From Spirochaetia bacterium (GTDB lineage Bacteria > Spirochaetota > Spirochaetia > CAKZLE01), in the NCBI GenBank assembly GCA_963677595.1, contig OY782041.1, positions 736,001 to 800,000 of the forward strand: a stretch of 64,000 bases of DNA, in the 5' to 3' direction. Positions within the stretch are counted from its first letter, which is position 1. The number at the start of each line of letters is the position of its first letter. The translations under genes were made by a program, and so were the position numbers. Below are positions 31,545-40,878 of this stretch, in pieces. The notes beneath the pieces were generated by a model. It searched no databases and had not been told where the DNA came from. It worked only from the letters and a program-made list of their open reading frames with translations.

Positions 31545-31874
31545 ACATTACCCCATACCATTCATGATACATATTCCCGGAGGCATATGACTGTCATCGA
31601 CTGCAGCTCCGCCTGACTCGTCCCACGTATCAAGCTGCTCCTGCTTCAATTGACACCCCATCGTTCATCGACTTACTCTTTGACAGTACTTGAGGACCTA
31701 ACAGAAGTCAAATGCTCCCATTGATTTCGCCGGATTTATCATGATTTCATATGGTTAGGCCTGATTCAAACAATGATCATGTTATCCAGACTGTTCTTTA
31801 CATTTGATAATATCTAATATTTGTTTTTACAAAATTTATAGACAATCCCATAATCGGGGCTTATACTGGAATGC

Positions 31875-32396
31875 ATGAAAGATGAACGTATACAACGAGC
31901 ATATGAGTTGGGGTTCTCCCATGAGAAGGAGTTCCGGGGTTGTGCCCAGTGCACCGTCGCTGCTATTCAGGATGCCCTGGGCATCGTGAACGATGACGTG
32001 TTCCGTGCTGCGAGCGGTCTCGCGACCGGGGGAGGGCTCACCAGTGATGGTTCCTGCGGGGGAGTCATAGGCGGCGGCATGATGATCAGCCTCCTGTTCG
32101 GCAGGCGGCGGGAATTCTTCGATGGTGACGATAAGAACAAGTACACGGCGTTCAGGTTGGTGAAGGAACTGCAGCAGCGCTTCCTTGATACCTACGGGTC
32201 GGTGATCTGCCGTGACATCCATGAACACCTGTTCGGCAGGAGCTACGATCTCTGGGATCCCGATGAGAAGCAGCAGTTCAATGATGCCGGGGCGCATTGT
32301 GACAAGTGCACCTCTGTCGTGGCCCAGGCGGCAGCCTGGAGTGTGGAGCTCATCCTCGAAGAGGAAGAACGAAGAAAGGCCAGCCAGGGAGATTGA
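31875..32396 (+). CDS. C-GCAxxG-C-C family putative redox protein
   Basis: GCAQ, SCGGVIGG, VICRDI, KC cysteine pattern. Confidence 0.85.
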   Translation: MKDERIQRAYELGFSHEKEFRGCAQCTVAAIQDALGIVNDDVFRAASGLATGGGLTSDGSCGGVIGGGMMISLLFGRRREFFDGDDKNKYTAFRLVKELQQRFLDTYGSVICRDIHEHLFGRSYDLWDPDEKQQFNDAGAHCDKCTSVVAQAAAWSVELILEEEERRKASQGD

Positions 32397-32452
32397 CAAA
32401 CTCCAATGTTTGTTTTATGTTAATTCTAACAGATAAATTGTTAGTTTTAACA
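32393..32452 (+). promoter_or_regulatory. Promoter with two TGTTA-N4-TAACA operators
   Basis: TTGACA-N17-TATGTT; palindromes at 32418-32431 and 32439-32452. Confidence 0.7.
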
Positions 32453-32463
32453 TAGAGGTAGCC

Positions 32464-33237
32464 ATGACCCCTGACAAGAGAAAACAGTTCATCCAGGATA
32501 GGCTCTATAGGGTATCAACGATCCAAGTCTCGGACCTTGCGGAGGAGCTCTCCGTATCGGAGATGACCATCAGGAGGGACCTTTCCGAACTGGAACGCTC
32601 CGGTTTCCTTCGCCGCACCCATGGAGGGGCGGTACGGGAAGTCAGCAGGAGCTATGAACCCCCGTTCGATCTCAGGCAGGCACAGAACCGGGAGGAAAAA
32701 CAGGCGATCGCTGCCCTGGCTGCCTCCTGCGTCTCCGAAGGCGATACCATCGTCATCGATTCAGGTACCACTGCCCTCCACCTGGCTGAACAGCTTCTCA
32801 CCTTCACCGACCTGAAGGTGATCACCCCCAGCATCCCGGTAGCGGCGGTCTTCCTCAACCACCCGACCATCCAGGTCCTCGTATCGGGTGGGACCATGCG
32901 TTCCCGCGAGGGTTCGCTCATCGGGGAGTATACCCGCAGATTCTTCGAGGACCTCTATTTCGATATCTATTTCCTCTCAGCGGCAGGCATCGACCCTGCA
33001 TCAGGGATCACCGAATACATCGTGGAAGATGCCCTGATCAAGCACTCGATCCTCACCCATGCGAAGAAGACGGTCGCCATGATGGCCTCGAGCAAGTTCG
33101 AGACGACCGCCTTCGCGTCAGTCTGCCGCCTGGATGAGATCGATATGCTCATAACCGACACAAGACCCCAGGGCCCCCTTCTGGGAGCCCTGGAACAACA
33201 TAATATCATAATACAATTCCCGAACGATAAGGAGTGA
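32464..33237 (+). CDS. DeoR/GlpR-family regulator
   Basis: VSEMTIRRDL, RTHGGA, IDSGTT, SSKF. Confidence 0.94.
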   Translation: MTPDKRKQFIQDRLYRVSTIQVSDLAEELSVSEMTIRRDLSELERSGFLRRTHGGAVREVSRSYEPPFDLRQAQNREEKQAIAALAASCVSEGDTIVIDSGTTALHLAEQLLTFTDLKVITPSIPVAAVFLNHPTIQVLVSGGTMRSREGSLIGEYTRRFFEDLYFDIYFLSAAGIDPASGITEYIVEDALIKHSILTHAKKTVAMMASSKFETTAFASVCRLDEIDMLITDTRPQGPLLGALEQHNIIIQFPNDKE

Positions 33238-33243
33238 TACCGT

Positions 33244-34047
33244 ATGAACTGGTTAGATGAGATCTTTGAAGTGAAGAAGCCCGTGATCGCCATGTGCCAC
33301 CTGCAGCCCCTTCCCGGCGACCCTGACTATGATCAGGAGAAGGGCATGGACCATGTGATCGAGGCTGCACGATTCGACCTTGAGGCCCTGCAGGAGGGAG
33401 GTGTGGATGGAGTCATGTTCTCCAATGAGTTCAGCCTCCCCTACCTCACGGAAGTGGAGCCGGTGACCTATACCGCGATGGCGAGGGTCATAGGTGAACT
33501 GAAGGACAAAATCAGGATCCCCTACGGGGTCAACGTCCTGTGGGACCCGAAAGCGTCGATCGACCTGGCGGTGGCGACTGATGCCCTCTTCGTCCGAGAG
33601 ATCTTCACCGGCGTCTATGCCAGTGACTTCGGTCTCTGGAACACGAACTGCGGGGCAGTGATCAGGCACAGGAACAGGATCGGCGGCAAGCATGTCAAGC
33701 TGCTCTTCAACATCGTACCCGAGGCTGCCATGTACCTCGCCCCGAGGGAGATCACCTCGATCGCCAAGTCGACCGTCTTCAACAACAACCCGGATGCGCT
33801 GTGCGTATCAGGCCTCACTGCCGGGGCTGAGACCGACTCCTCGGTACTCAAGGCCGTCAAGGATGCCGTTGGTGATACACCGGTCTTCGCGAACACCGGT
33901 GTGAGACTCTCAAACGTACGGGAACAGCTCTCGATAGCAGACGGGACCGTTACGGCGACGACCTTCAAGCGGGACGGTGAGTTCTACAACGAAGTCGACG
34001 TGAAGCGGGTCAAAGAGTTCATGGATGTCGTGAAGAGTATCCGATAA
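33244..34047 (+). CDS. BtpA/SgcQ-family TIM-barrel protein
   Basis: IAMCHL.PLPGDP, FSNEFSLPY, GVNVLWD, CVSGLTAG, ANTGV. Confidence 0.92.
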   Translation: MNWLDEIFEVKKPVIAMCHLQPLPGDPDYDQEKGMDHVIEAARFDLEALQEGGVDGVMFSNEFSLPYLTEVEPVTYTAMARVIGELKDKIRIPYGVNVLWDPKASIDLAVATDALFVREIFTGVYASDFGLWNTNCGAVIRHRNRIGGKHVKLLFNIVPEAAMYLAPREITSIAKSTVFNNNPDALCVSGLTAGAETDSSVLKAVKDAVGDTPVFANTGVRLSNVREQLSIADGTVTATTFKRDGEFYNEVDVKRVKEFMDVVKSIR

Positions 34048-34058
34048 CGGAGGAGTAT

Positions 34059-35126
34059 ATGGATAAACGCTGGAACAGGCTTGCGGAGATCCTGGTCAAC
34101 TATTCAACGAAGGTACGACCCGGCGAACGGGTCATGATCGCGATGATCGAGCCGGAGACCTACCCCCTTGCACAGGCAGTATACGAAGAGGTGATCAAGG
34201 CCGGCGGGTACCCGCAGATCCAGCTGCTCTCCGAGCGGCTGCGTCGCCTGACGCTCCTGTACGGGTCGGCAGAACAGGTCTCCTGGGTACCGGAGATGGA
34301 GAGCTGGGGTATGGCGTGGGCCGATGTCTACATCGGGCTCAGGGGTGCCCACAACCTCCACGAGCTGGACGGTATCCCCTCTGAGAAGATCTCGGCCAGC
34401 CAGAGCGCGATGGGGAAGGTCTCGGCCATGCGCTGGGAGAAGACCCGCTGGGTCCTGGTTCGGGTTCCCAACGAGTCATTCGCACAGCAGGCCCATACCA
34501 ACCTCGAGGAGCTCGAGGATATGTTCTTCGACTCCTGCTTCCTCGACTGGGAGGAGGAGAAGCGCAAGTGGGACCTCTGGGCCTGGAAGCTCGAGCAGGG
34601 TTCCCGGATCCGCATCACCGGCAGGGGGACCGACCTCTCCTTCTCGGTGAAGGGGAGGAAATGGGTCCCCTTCGCCGGTACCCAGAACATGCCCGACGGG
34701 GAGATCGCCACGGCACCGATCGTCGATACCGTGGACGGGATCATCTCCTTCGAGCACCCGGGAGTCCTCGGGGGCAGGCTGGTGGAGAGGATCAGGATCG
34801 CCTGGGAAGACGGGAAGCTCGTCGAGGCAATCTCGGAATCCGAACAGGAATTCTTCCAGTCGATCATCACGAAGGATGCAGGCGCCTCCCGGATCGGCGA
34901 GTTCGCCATCGGGACCAATATGCGCATGGACAGGTTCTGCAATGACATCCTCTTCGACGAGAAGATCGGGGGGACCATCCATATCGCACTGGGCAGGGCA
35001 TACCCTGAATGCGGGGGGCTGAACACCTCCTCCATCCACTGGGATATCATCAAGGATTTGAAGGACGGCGGGATCGTCTACCTCGATGACGAGCCGATCC
35101 TCAAAGACGGCATGATCCTGCTCTAA
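34059..35126 (+). CDS. M29-family aminopeptidase
   Basis: LVNYS, NMPDGE, IGEFAIG, LFDEKIGGTIHIALG, SSIHWD. Confidence 0.9.
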   Translation: MDKRWNRLAEILVNYSTKVRPGERVMIAMIEPETYPLAQAVYEEVIKAGGYPQIQLLSERLRRLTLLYGSAEQVSWVPEMESWGMAWADVYIGLRGAHNLHELDGIPSEKISASQSAMGKVSAMRWEKTRWVLVRVPNESFAQQAHTNLEELEDMFFDSCFLDWEEEKRKWDLWAWKLEQGSRIRITGRGTDLSFSVKGRKWVPFAGTQNMPDGEIATAPIVDTVDGIISFEHPGVLGGRLVERIRIAWEDGKLVEAISESEQEFFQSIITKDAGASRIGEFAIGTNMRMDRFCNDILFDEKIGGTIHIALGRAYPECGGLNTSSIHWDIIKDLKDGGIVYLDDEPILKDGMILL

Positions 35127-35139
35127 AGGGAGGCTGCAC

Positions 35140-36600
35140 ATGAGACCCTGTTTTCTCGGAATCGACATAGGCACCGGCTCCTCAAAGGGGGTCCTGACCG
35201 ATGAGCACGGGACCATCCTGGCCCAGGATTCTCTTCCCCATACCGTCTCCTCCCCCCATCCCGGCTGGTTCGAGCAGGATGCCGATGCCGTATGGTGGCA
35301 TGATTTCGTCAGCCTGAGCAGGTCCCTCACGTCACAGGTACCGGCCGGGTATGCCGTCATGGCGGTCTCCTGCAGCGCTATCGCTCCCTGCGTGCTTCCC
35401 GTCGAAAAGGACGGTACACCCTTACGAGCCGGTATCCTCTACGGGATCGACACGAGGGCGGCAGCCGAGATCGAGGAGCTGACCTCCGAGATTGGGAAGG
35501 ACGCTATATTCTCCATGACCGGGCAGCAGCTCTCTTCCCAATCGTGCTGCCCCAAGATCCGCTGGATCGAGAAGCATGAGCCCCATATCTTCGAGAGGAC
35601 TGCTAAGTTCCTGACAGCCACGGGCTATGTGAACTACCGCCTGACGGGGAACTACTGCGTTGACATGTATGACGCGATCGGCTATGCCCCCCTCTTCGAC
35701 CTTGCCGGCCGCAGATGGGATGACAGCTATGAGCAGGCTGTATGCGACCTCTCGCTGCTCCCGGAGATCCTCTGGACGACAGAACCCTGCGGGAGGGTAA
35801 CCCCTGCAGCAGCTGAGGCGACGGGCCTGCCCCCGGGTATACCGGTCTTCTCAGGTGCCGCCGATGCAGCCGCAGAGGCTGTGGCCGCGGGGGTTTCGGC
35901 TCCCGGGGACATGATGATGATGTACGGCAGCAGCAACTTCTTCATCATGAGGACTGCAGCCCTCCTCCCGGCTCCCTCCTTCTGGGCTTCCAACTTCCTC
36001 TCTCCCGGGGAGTTCGTCCTCACGGGGGGGATGACGACTGTGGGATCGCTGTTCAACTGGTTCACGGAAACGTTTCCCGGCAAGACCATGCCGGAGTGGG
36101 AAGAGCTGGCATCTGCCTCCCCGCCCGGGGCGAGGGGGATCATCACCCTTCCCTACTTCGCGGGAGAGAGGACCCCGCTCTTCGATCCGGATGCGAAAGG
36201 GGTGTTCTTCGGCCTCACGCTGCAGTCTGGTGCAGGTGACCTCTTCCGTTCCTGCCTCGAGGCAGTGGGGTTCGGGATACGCCACAACCTGGAGGTCCTC
36301 TCACAGGAGGGCCAGGATGCCCGGCGGATCATCGCCATCGGCGGGGGGATCAACAGCACCAACCTGATGCAGGCTGTCTGCGACATCACGGGAGTGACCC
36401 AGGCCATACCCGACTGCACGCTTGGCGCCTGTTACGGCAGCGCCTATATCGCAGCCGTGGGCAGCGGGATGGTGGGCAGGGATGCCAGGTGGACCGGGAT
36501 CGAACGTGAATACACCCCGGAGCCTGCGAACCGATCGCTCTATGATGAAGCCTACGGCAAGTACCGCTCCCTCTACGAATCAACGAAGCACATCCGCTAA
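35140..36600 (+). CDS. FGGY-family carbohydrate kinase (xylulokinase-like)
   Basis: LGIDIGTGSSK, LYGIDTRA, LPYFAGERTP, IGGG. Confidence 0.9.
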   Translation: MRPCFLGIDIGTGSSKGVLTDEHGTILAQDSLPHTVSSPHPGWFEQDADAVWWHDFVSLSRSLTSQVPAGYAVMAVSCSAIAPCVLPVEKDGTPLRAGILYGIDTRAAAEIEELTSEIGKDAIFSMTGQQLSSQSCCPKIRWIEKHEPHIFERTAKFLTATGYVNYRLTGNYCVDMYDAIGYAPLFDLAGRRWDDSYEQAVCDLSLLPEILWTTEPCGRVTPAAAEATGLPPGIPVFSGAADAAAEAVAAGVSAPGDMMMMYGSSNFFIMRTAALLPAPSFWASNFLSPGEFVLTGGMTTVGSLFNWFTETFPGKTMPEWEELASASPPGARGIITLPYFAGERTPLFDPDAKGVFFGLTLQSGAGDLFRSCLEAVGFGIRHNLEVLSQEGQDARRIIAIGGGINSTNLMQAVCDITGVTQAIPDCTLGACYGSAYIAAVGSGMVGRDARWTGIEREYTPEPANRSLYDEAYGKYRSLYESTKHIR

Positions 36601-36608
36601 ACCAAGAA

Positions 36609-36636
36609 CAGGGCAGAACCGTTAGGTCCTGCCCTG
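36609..36636. terminator. Hairpin between convergent operons
   Basis: CAGGGCAG...CTGCCCTG stem; no strong T-tract. Confidence 0.5.
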
Positions 36637-36662
36637 ATGAGGAGGAGTGTGCTTATAGTCTG

Positions 36663-37172
36663 TCAGCCTTCGACTGACAGGTAACAATCATAATCGTCTG
36701 CGAGGTCCACCATGAAGAAATCCTCTTCAGGCGTCGTTGATTGGAAGACGACGAAGGTCCTGGTGACCTCCTCTTTCGTCAGCGGGGCATGGTGCCATAC
36801 CCCCTTCCCGAGCGTGACGGCACTCTGCCTGGGGACCTTGAAGGCCCTGGCAGCTTCGATGTCAGGCTTCTTCGGGTCAGCAGGGTCTGAGAGGGCGACG
36901 ACGATGTAGATATCATCGGTGGGGATGAGGGTCTCCTCGCTCTCGGTATGCTGCTCAAGGTTGAACTCATCAAGGCCGTTCTTTCCGTAGGTCTCAACGA
37001 TCGATATAGAGGTCTTCCCCTCATAGCTCATCTCGCTGAGACGGTTCCAGAACTGGAGCTCGTCATTCGAGGCATCCGCCTCCCGGGAGTATACACTGAT
37101 AACCTGACCGAAGGGGGCGAAGCCCTCAGGATCGATCGTCTCACATCTCAATACACGTTCTTCCATGATCAT
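36663..37172 (-). CDS. Ureidoglycolate lyase (AllA)-like cupin
   Basis: FAPFGQV, LEQH..SEE..IP, GVWHHAP. Confidence 0.8.
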   Translation of the reverse strand: MIMEERVLRCETIDPEGFAPFGQVISVYSREADASNDELQFWNRLSEMSYEGKTSISIVETYGKNGLDEFNLEQHTESEETLIPTDDIYIVVALSDPADPKKPDIEAARAFKVPRQSAVTLGKGVWHHAPLTKEEVTRTFVVFQSTTPEEDFFMVDLADDYDCYLSVEG

Positions 37173-37810
37173 ACCTCCCGGTTCACGTAATCGGATATGA
37201 CACCCACGACCAGTCTCCCGATCGTTGCGCCCGGGTCCTGGATCGTGCGGGACTTCTCCTGGTAGTAGGCAGCCCTGCCGTGCTGAGCCACCATATCAAG
37301 GGTAGCCTCGAGCCCCTTCTGGGCTGCCTCGTCAGCTGCACGCATCACTGCGGGGAGGGCATCCCCGGCGCCGGCTGCTGCCTGGGCCGCCTCGGCCGCA
37401 GGATAGAGGGCATCGATGATGGTCTTCTCTCCGGGCTTGGCCTTGCCGCGGTCCATGATCCCTTCAACGAAGGCTGTGAGGAAGGCTGCTGCATCCTGGG
37501 CAGCGAACACTGTCGTCCCTTTCAGCGCCTTACCGCCGCGCATGAACCCCGTTGCCATGAGCGTACCCATGGTCGAGGGGGCAGCCTTGGCCATAGCCAT
37601 CCCGGCCTTCATGCAGAGGGTCCCGATGTCCTCATCGCCAAAGGCGGCGGCGAACTCATCCGCGGCAGTGAAGACTGCCGCCATGGTGAGCCCGAGGTCC
37701 CCGTCACCCATCGCGGAATCAAGCTCTATGAGATGGTCCCTGTTCTCGAGTGCCATCTGCTTCAGCTCACTGAAGAGCCCCTTGAAATCCTGTATGGTAC
37801 ACTGTTCCAT
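37169..37810 (-). CDS. dhaL: Dihydroxyacetone-kinase family subunit L
   Basis: LDSAMGDGDLG, GKAKPGEKTIIDAL, GRA.Y, DPGA. Confidence 0.88.
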   Translation of the reverse strand: MEQCTIQDFKGLFSELKQMALENRDHLIELDSAMGDGDLGLTMAAVFTAADEFAAAFGDEDIGTLCMKAGMAMAKAAPSTMGTLMATGFMRGGKALKGTTVFAAQDAAAFLTAFVEGIMDRGKAKPGEKTIIDALYPAAEAAQAAAGAGDALPAVMRAADEAAQKGLEATLDMVAQHGRAAYYQEKSRTIQDPGATIGRLVVGVISDYVNREV

Positions 37811-37821
37811 GCTATGCGCTC

Positions 37822-38826
37822 CTACAGCTCACGCTGCTCGAAGAACGGGGTGTAGGCTGGTTTTGCCAGATACCCCTTCAGCTCATCATCAAGCTTCAGG
37901 AGGGAGATCGAGGCCCCTGCCATCTCCATGGAGGTAGCGAACTCCCCGGCATAGACATGGAAGACTGAGATACCCTTTGCCTCAAGGATTTCCGCGACCT
38001 TGCGGTACATGATGTAGAGCTCCTCCTTGGGGGTCGCGCCGAGCCCGTTCATGAGGACTGCCACCTCATCACCCGATCCATACGGGAGGTCCTCGATGAG
38101 GGCATCCATCATGGTCTGAACCACTTCATCAGCAGGCTTGAGCGTCGACCGCTCGATGCCCGGCTCGCCATGGATCCCCATGCCGATCTCCATCTCATCC
38201 TCGCCGATGGTGAAGGAGGGTTTCCCCACCTCAGGCACGATGCAGGGGGAGAGTGCGACACCCATGGTCCTGACGTTTGCGCAGACCTTCTCGGCGACTC
38301 GCTTCACCTCATCAAGGGAAGCCATCGAATCAGCACAGGCACCGGCTATCTTATAGACGAAGAAGATACCGGCGACACCACGCCGCTTATGTTCCTCGCC
38401 CTTCTTCGAGGAGGCTACATCCTCCCCGGCGACGACCTGTTCCACCCTGATGTCTTCCATGTCAGCCATCTCTGCCGCCATGTCGAAGTTCATGATGTCC
38501 CCGCCGTAGTTCCCGTAGATATAGAGGACCCCGGCCCCGGAATCGATCTCCTTCGTCACCTCGAGCATCTGGTCGGCACTCGGTGACTGGAAGACACCCC
38601 CGACCGAGCAGCCGTCGAGCATACCTTCCCCGACATAGCCGAGGAAGAGCGGAAGGTGACCCGAGCCTCCTCCGGTCGCGATCCCTACCTTGCCGGGTCT
38701 CTTCTTCTTCGAGACCAGGCACCGGTAATCATCATTGGTGATGGTCACCTCAGTCGGATGAGCGGCAAGGATACCCTTGATCATATCATCTACGAACTGT
38801 TCCGGTGTGTTCAGAAACTTCTTCAT
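37822..38826 (-). CDS. dhaK: Dihydroxyacetone-kinase family subunit K
   Basis: GGGSGHLP, NYGGD.MNF, RRGVAG, GMGIHGEPG. Confidence 0.9.
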   Translation of the reverse strand: MKKFLNTPEQFVDDMIKGILAAHPTEVTITNDDYRCLVSKKKRPGKVGIATGGGSGHLPLFLGYVGEGMLDGCSVGGVFQSPSADQMLEVTKEIDSGAGVLYIYGNYGGDIMNFDMAAEMADMEDIRVEQVVAGEDVASSKKGEEHKRRGVAGIFFVYKIAGACADSMASLDEVKRVAEKVCANVRTMGVALSPCIVPEVGKPSFTIGEDEMEIGMGIHGEPGIERSTLKPADEVVQTMMDALIEDLPYGSGDEVAVLMNGLGATPKEELYIMYRKVAEILEAKGISVFHVYAGEFATSMEMAGASISLLKLDDELKGYLAKPAYTPFFEQREL

Positions 38827-39866
38827 GCTGCGCTGCCTCCTTTCGAGGCTTTTTCCTTGTTCATCGCCTCGATCTTTTTCTTAGCACTATTCTTATTGAT
38901 CAGGTAATTCAACACCATGACGAGCAGCAGGGCGAATCCCCACATGAACTTCTTGAAGAAGGGGCTGAATGCGAGGATGTTCAGGCCGCTCTGTGTTATC
39001 TGCAGGATGAATATGCCCATGACGACCCCGGGAATGTTCCCGAACCCGCCGTCGGGGTCTACCCCGCCGAGGACCACGACCAGGATAGCCTGCAGGACAT
39101 AGGCAGTACCGTAGCCTGGACGCATGGAGTTCGCCCTCGAGATCATGATGATCGATGCCAGTCCGGCCAGCATGGCAGTCAGGATGTAGGTCTTGATCAG
39201 GACCTTCGTGTTATCGACCCCGGAGAACCGTGAGACGACCGGGGAAGAGCCGATCATGAACATGCTGAAGCCCTGCTGTGTCCTCCTGAGCAGCACACTC
39301 ACGAAGAAGGCAGCCGCGATGAACAGCAGGAATGAGATCGGGATCCCGAGGACGTTCCCGTTCCCGATCACCATGAAGGATTCCGGGAACCCGCTGACGC
39401 TGTGTCCCTCTGTGAGGACGATGGCGAGCCCCATGAAGAGTCCCTGCGTCCCGAGGGTCGCGAGGATCGGCGGTACGCCGAGGAATGCGATCAGCGATCC
39501 GTTGACCAGGCCTGAGATGACCGAGACCGCCAGGATGGCAAGGACTGCCAGGATGATGGCAAGGCCGGCATTGGTCCCGTTATCGACTGCAGCCGAGAGG
39601 ATCTTCGCGGCCACGACGCCGGTGAAGTTGGCTACTGCCACGACAGAGAGGTCGATCCCGCCCGTGATCATTGCCAGCATCATAGCCAGGGCAAGGAACC
39701 CGAACTCGGGGAACTGTGAGGCCATGGACTGGATGTTCATGCCGGTCAGGAACTTACTGGGCATGGCGATGGACATGATCAGGACGACGACCAGCAGGAT
39801 CATGAAGAGAGTCCTGTTCTTCGGGTTCTTGAACCCGGGTATGATGCTCAATTTTCCAATACCCAT
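38823..39866 (-). CDS. Sugar ABC transporter permease
   Basis: GGIDLS, PILATLGT, VVLGG. Confidence 0.92.
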   Translation of the reverse strand: MGIGKLSIIPGFKNPKNRTLFMILLVVVLIMSIAMPSKFLTGMNIQSMASQFPEFGFLALAMMLAMITGGIDLSVVAVANFTGVVAAKILSAAVDNGTNAGLAIILAVLAILAVSVISGLVNGSLIAFLGVPPILATLGTQGLFMGLAIVLTEGHSVSGFPESFMVIGNGNVLGIPISFLLFIAAAFFVSVLLRRTQQGFSMFMIGSSPVVSRFSGVDNTKVLIKTYILTAMLAGLASIIMISRANSMRPGYGTAYVLQAILVVVLGGVDPDGGFGNIPGVVMGIFILQITQSGLNILAFSPFFKKFMWGFALLLVMVLNYLINKNSAKKKIEAMNKEKASKGGSAA

Positions 39867-39867
39867 A

Positions 39868-40878
39868 CTACACACCTCCCAGGGATGGATTGCGCTTCTG
39901 CTGCAGTTTGTTCTGTGCATAGGTGATACTCACACCGAGGATGATGATTACCCCGATGAAGAACTGCTGCCAGAAGGACGAGAGGCCAAGCAGGATGAGG
40001 TTCTTCTCGAGGATGGTGATCAGCGCGACACCGAGCATGGTCCCGGTCAGGGTACCAGTACCCCCGCTGATCCTCGCACCGCCGAGAACGACAGCCGCGA
40101 TGACGCTCAGCTCTGTACCTACCAGGTAGTTCGGGTTGCTGTAGCGGATCAGCGAGAGGTGCAGGACCCCCATGATCCCGGCCAGCATGCCGACGTAGCA
40201 GTAGACGAAGAACTGGATCTTCGTGGCGTTATAGCCGGTCCGCTGGGCAGCTTCCCGGTTCCCGCCGATCGCATAGATACCACGACCGATCATCGTGTAC
40301 TTCAGGATGAACCAGGTCACCAGCACGATGATCACGAGGATGAGGAAGAAGATGGAGAGGCCGTAGGCTGACCCGTCTGGTCTCGTGATCGTGATGATGT
40401 TGATCTTCCCGAAGTCCTTGATGCACTGCGGGAGGTCGCCGACGTTGACGGCCTTGGTCCCCACGACCTCAAGCAGGAGCCCGTGGAAAACGCTGCTCGT
40501 CCCGAGCGTGGTGATGAGGGTCGGGAGCTTGAAGATCGAGATGAACACGGCATTCACGGCCCCGAGCGCGATCCCGAGCCCGATCGAGATGAGGAATGCG
40601 ACGATGATGTTGTCCACTCCCGATGCGATCAGGACATTGACCGATATATACTGGCCGACGATGGCGATCGCCGTGCTGGAAACATCGATACCGCCGGAGA
40701 GCAGGACCAGAAAGACCCCGATCGCCAGGATGGCAGTACCTGAACTGCTCCGCAGCAGGTCGAACATGTTCTCGAGTGTAAGGAAGACCGGGTTGATCAT
40801 GGTGATGACGAATGCGAAGATCACAACGATCAGGAACACATAGGTCTCGGTATGTTTGAAGAGTCGTCGTATGTTCAT
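39868..40878 (-). CDS. Sugar ABC transporter permease
   Basis: GGIDVS, GR.IYAIGGN..AA..TG, IAAVVLGG. Confidence 0.92.
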   Translation of the reverse strand: MNIRRLFKHTETYVFLIVVIFAFVITMINPVFLTLENMFDLLRSSSGTAILAIGVFLVLLSGGIDVSSTAIAIVGQYISVNVLIASGVDNIIVAFLISIGLGIALGAVNAVFISIFKLPTLITTLGTSSVFHGLLLEVVGTKAVNVGDLPQCIKDFGKINIITITRPDGSAYGLSIFFLILVIIVLVTWFILKYTMIGRGIYAIGGNREAAQRTGYNATKIQFFVYCYVGMLAGIMGVLHLSLIRYSNPNYLVGTELSVIAAVVLGGARISGGTGTLTGTMLGVALITILEKNLILLGLSSFWQQFFIGVIIILGVSITYAQNKLQQKRNPSLGGV

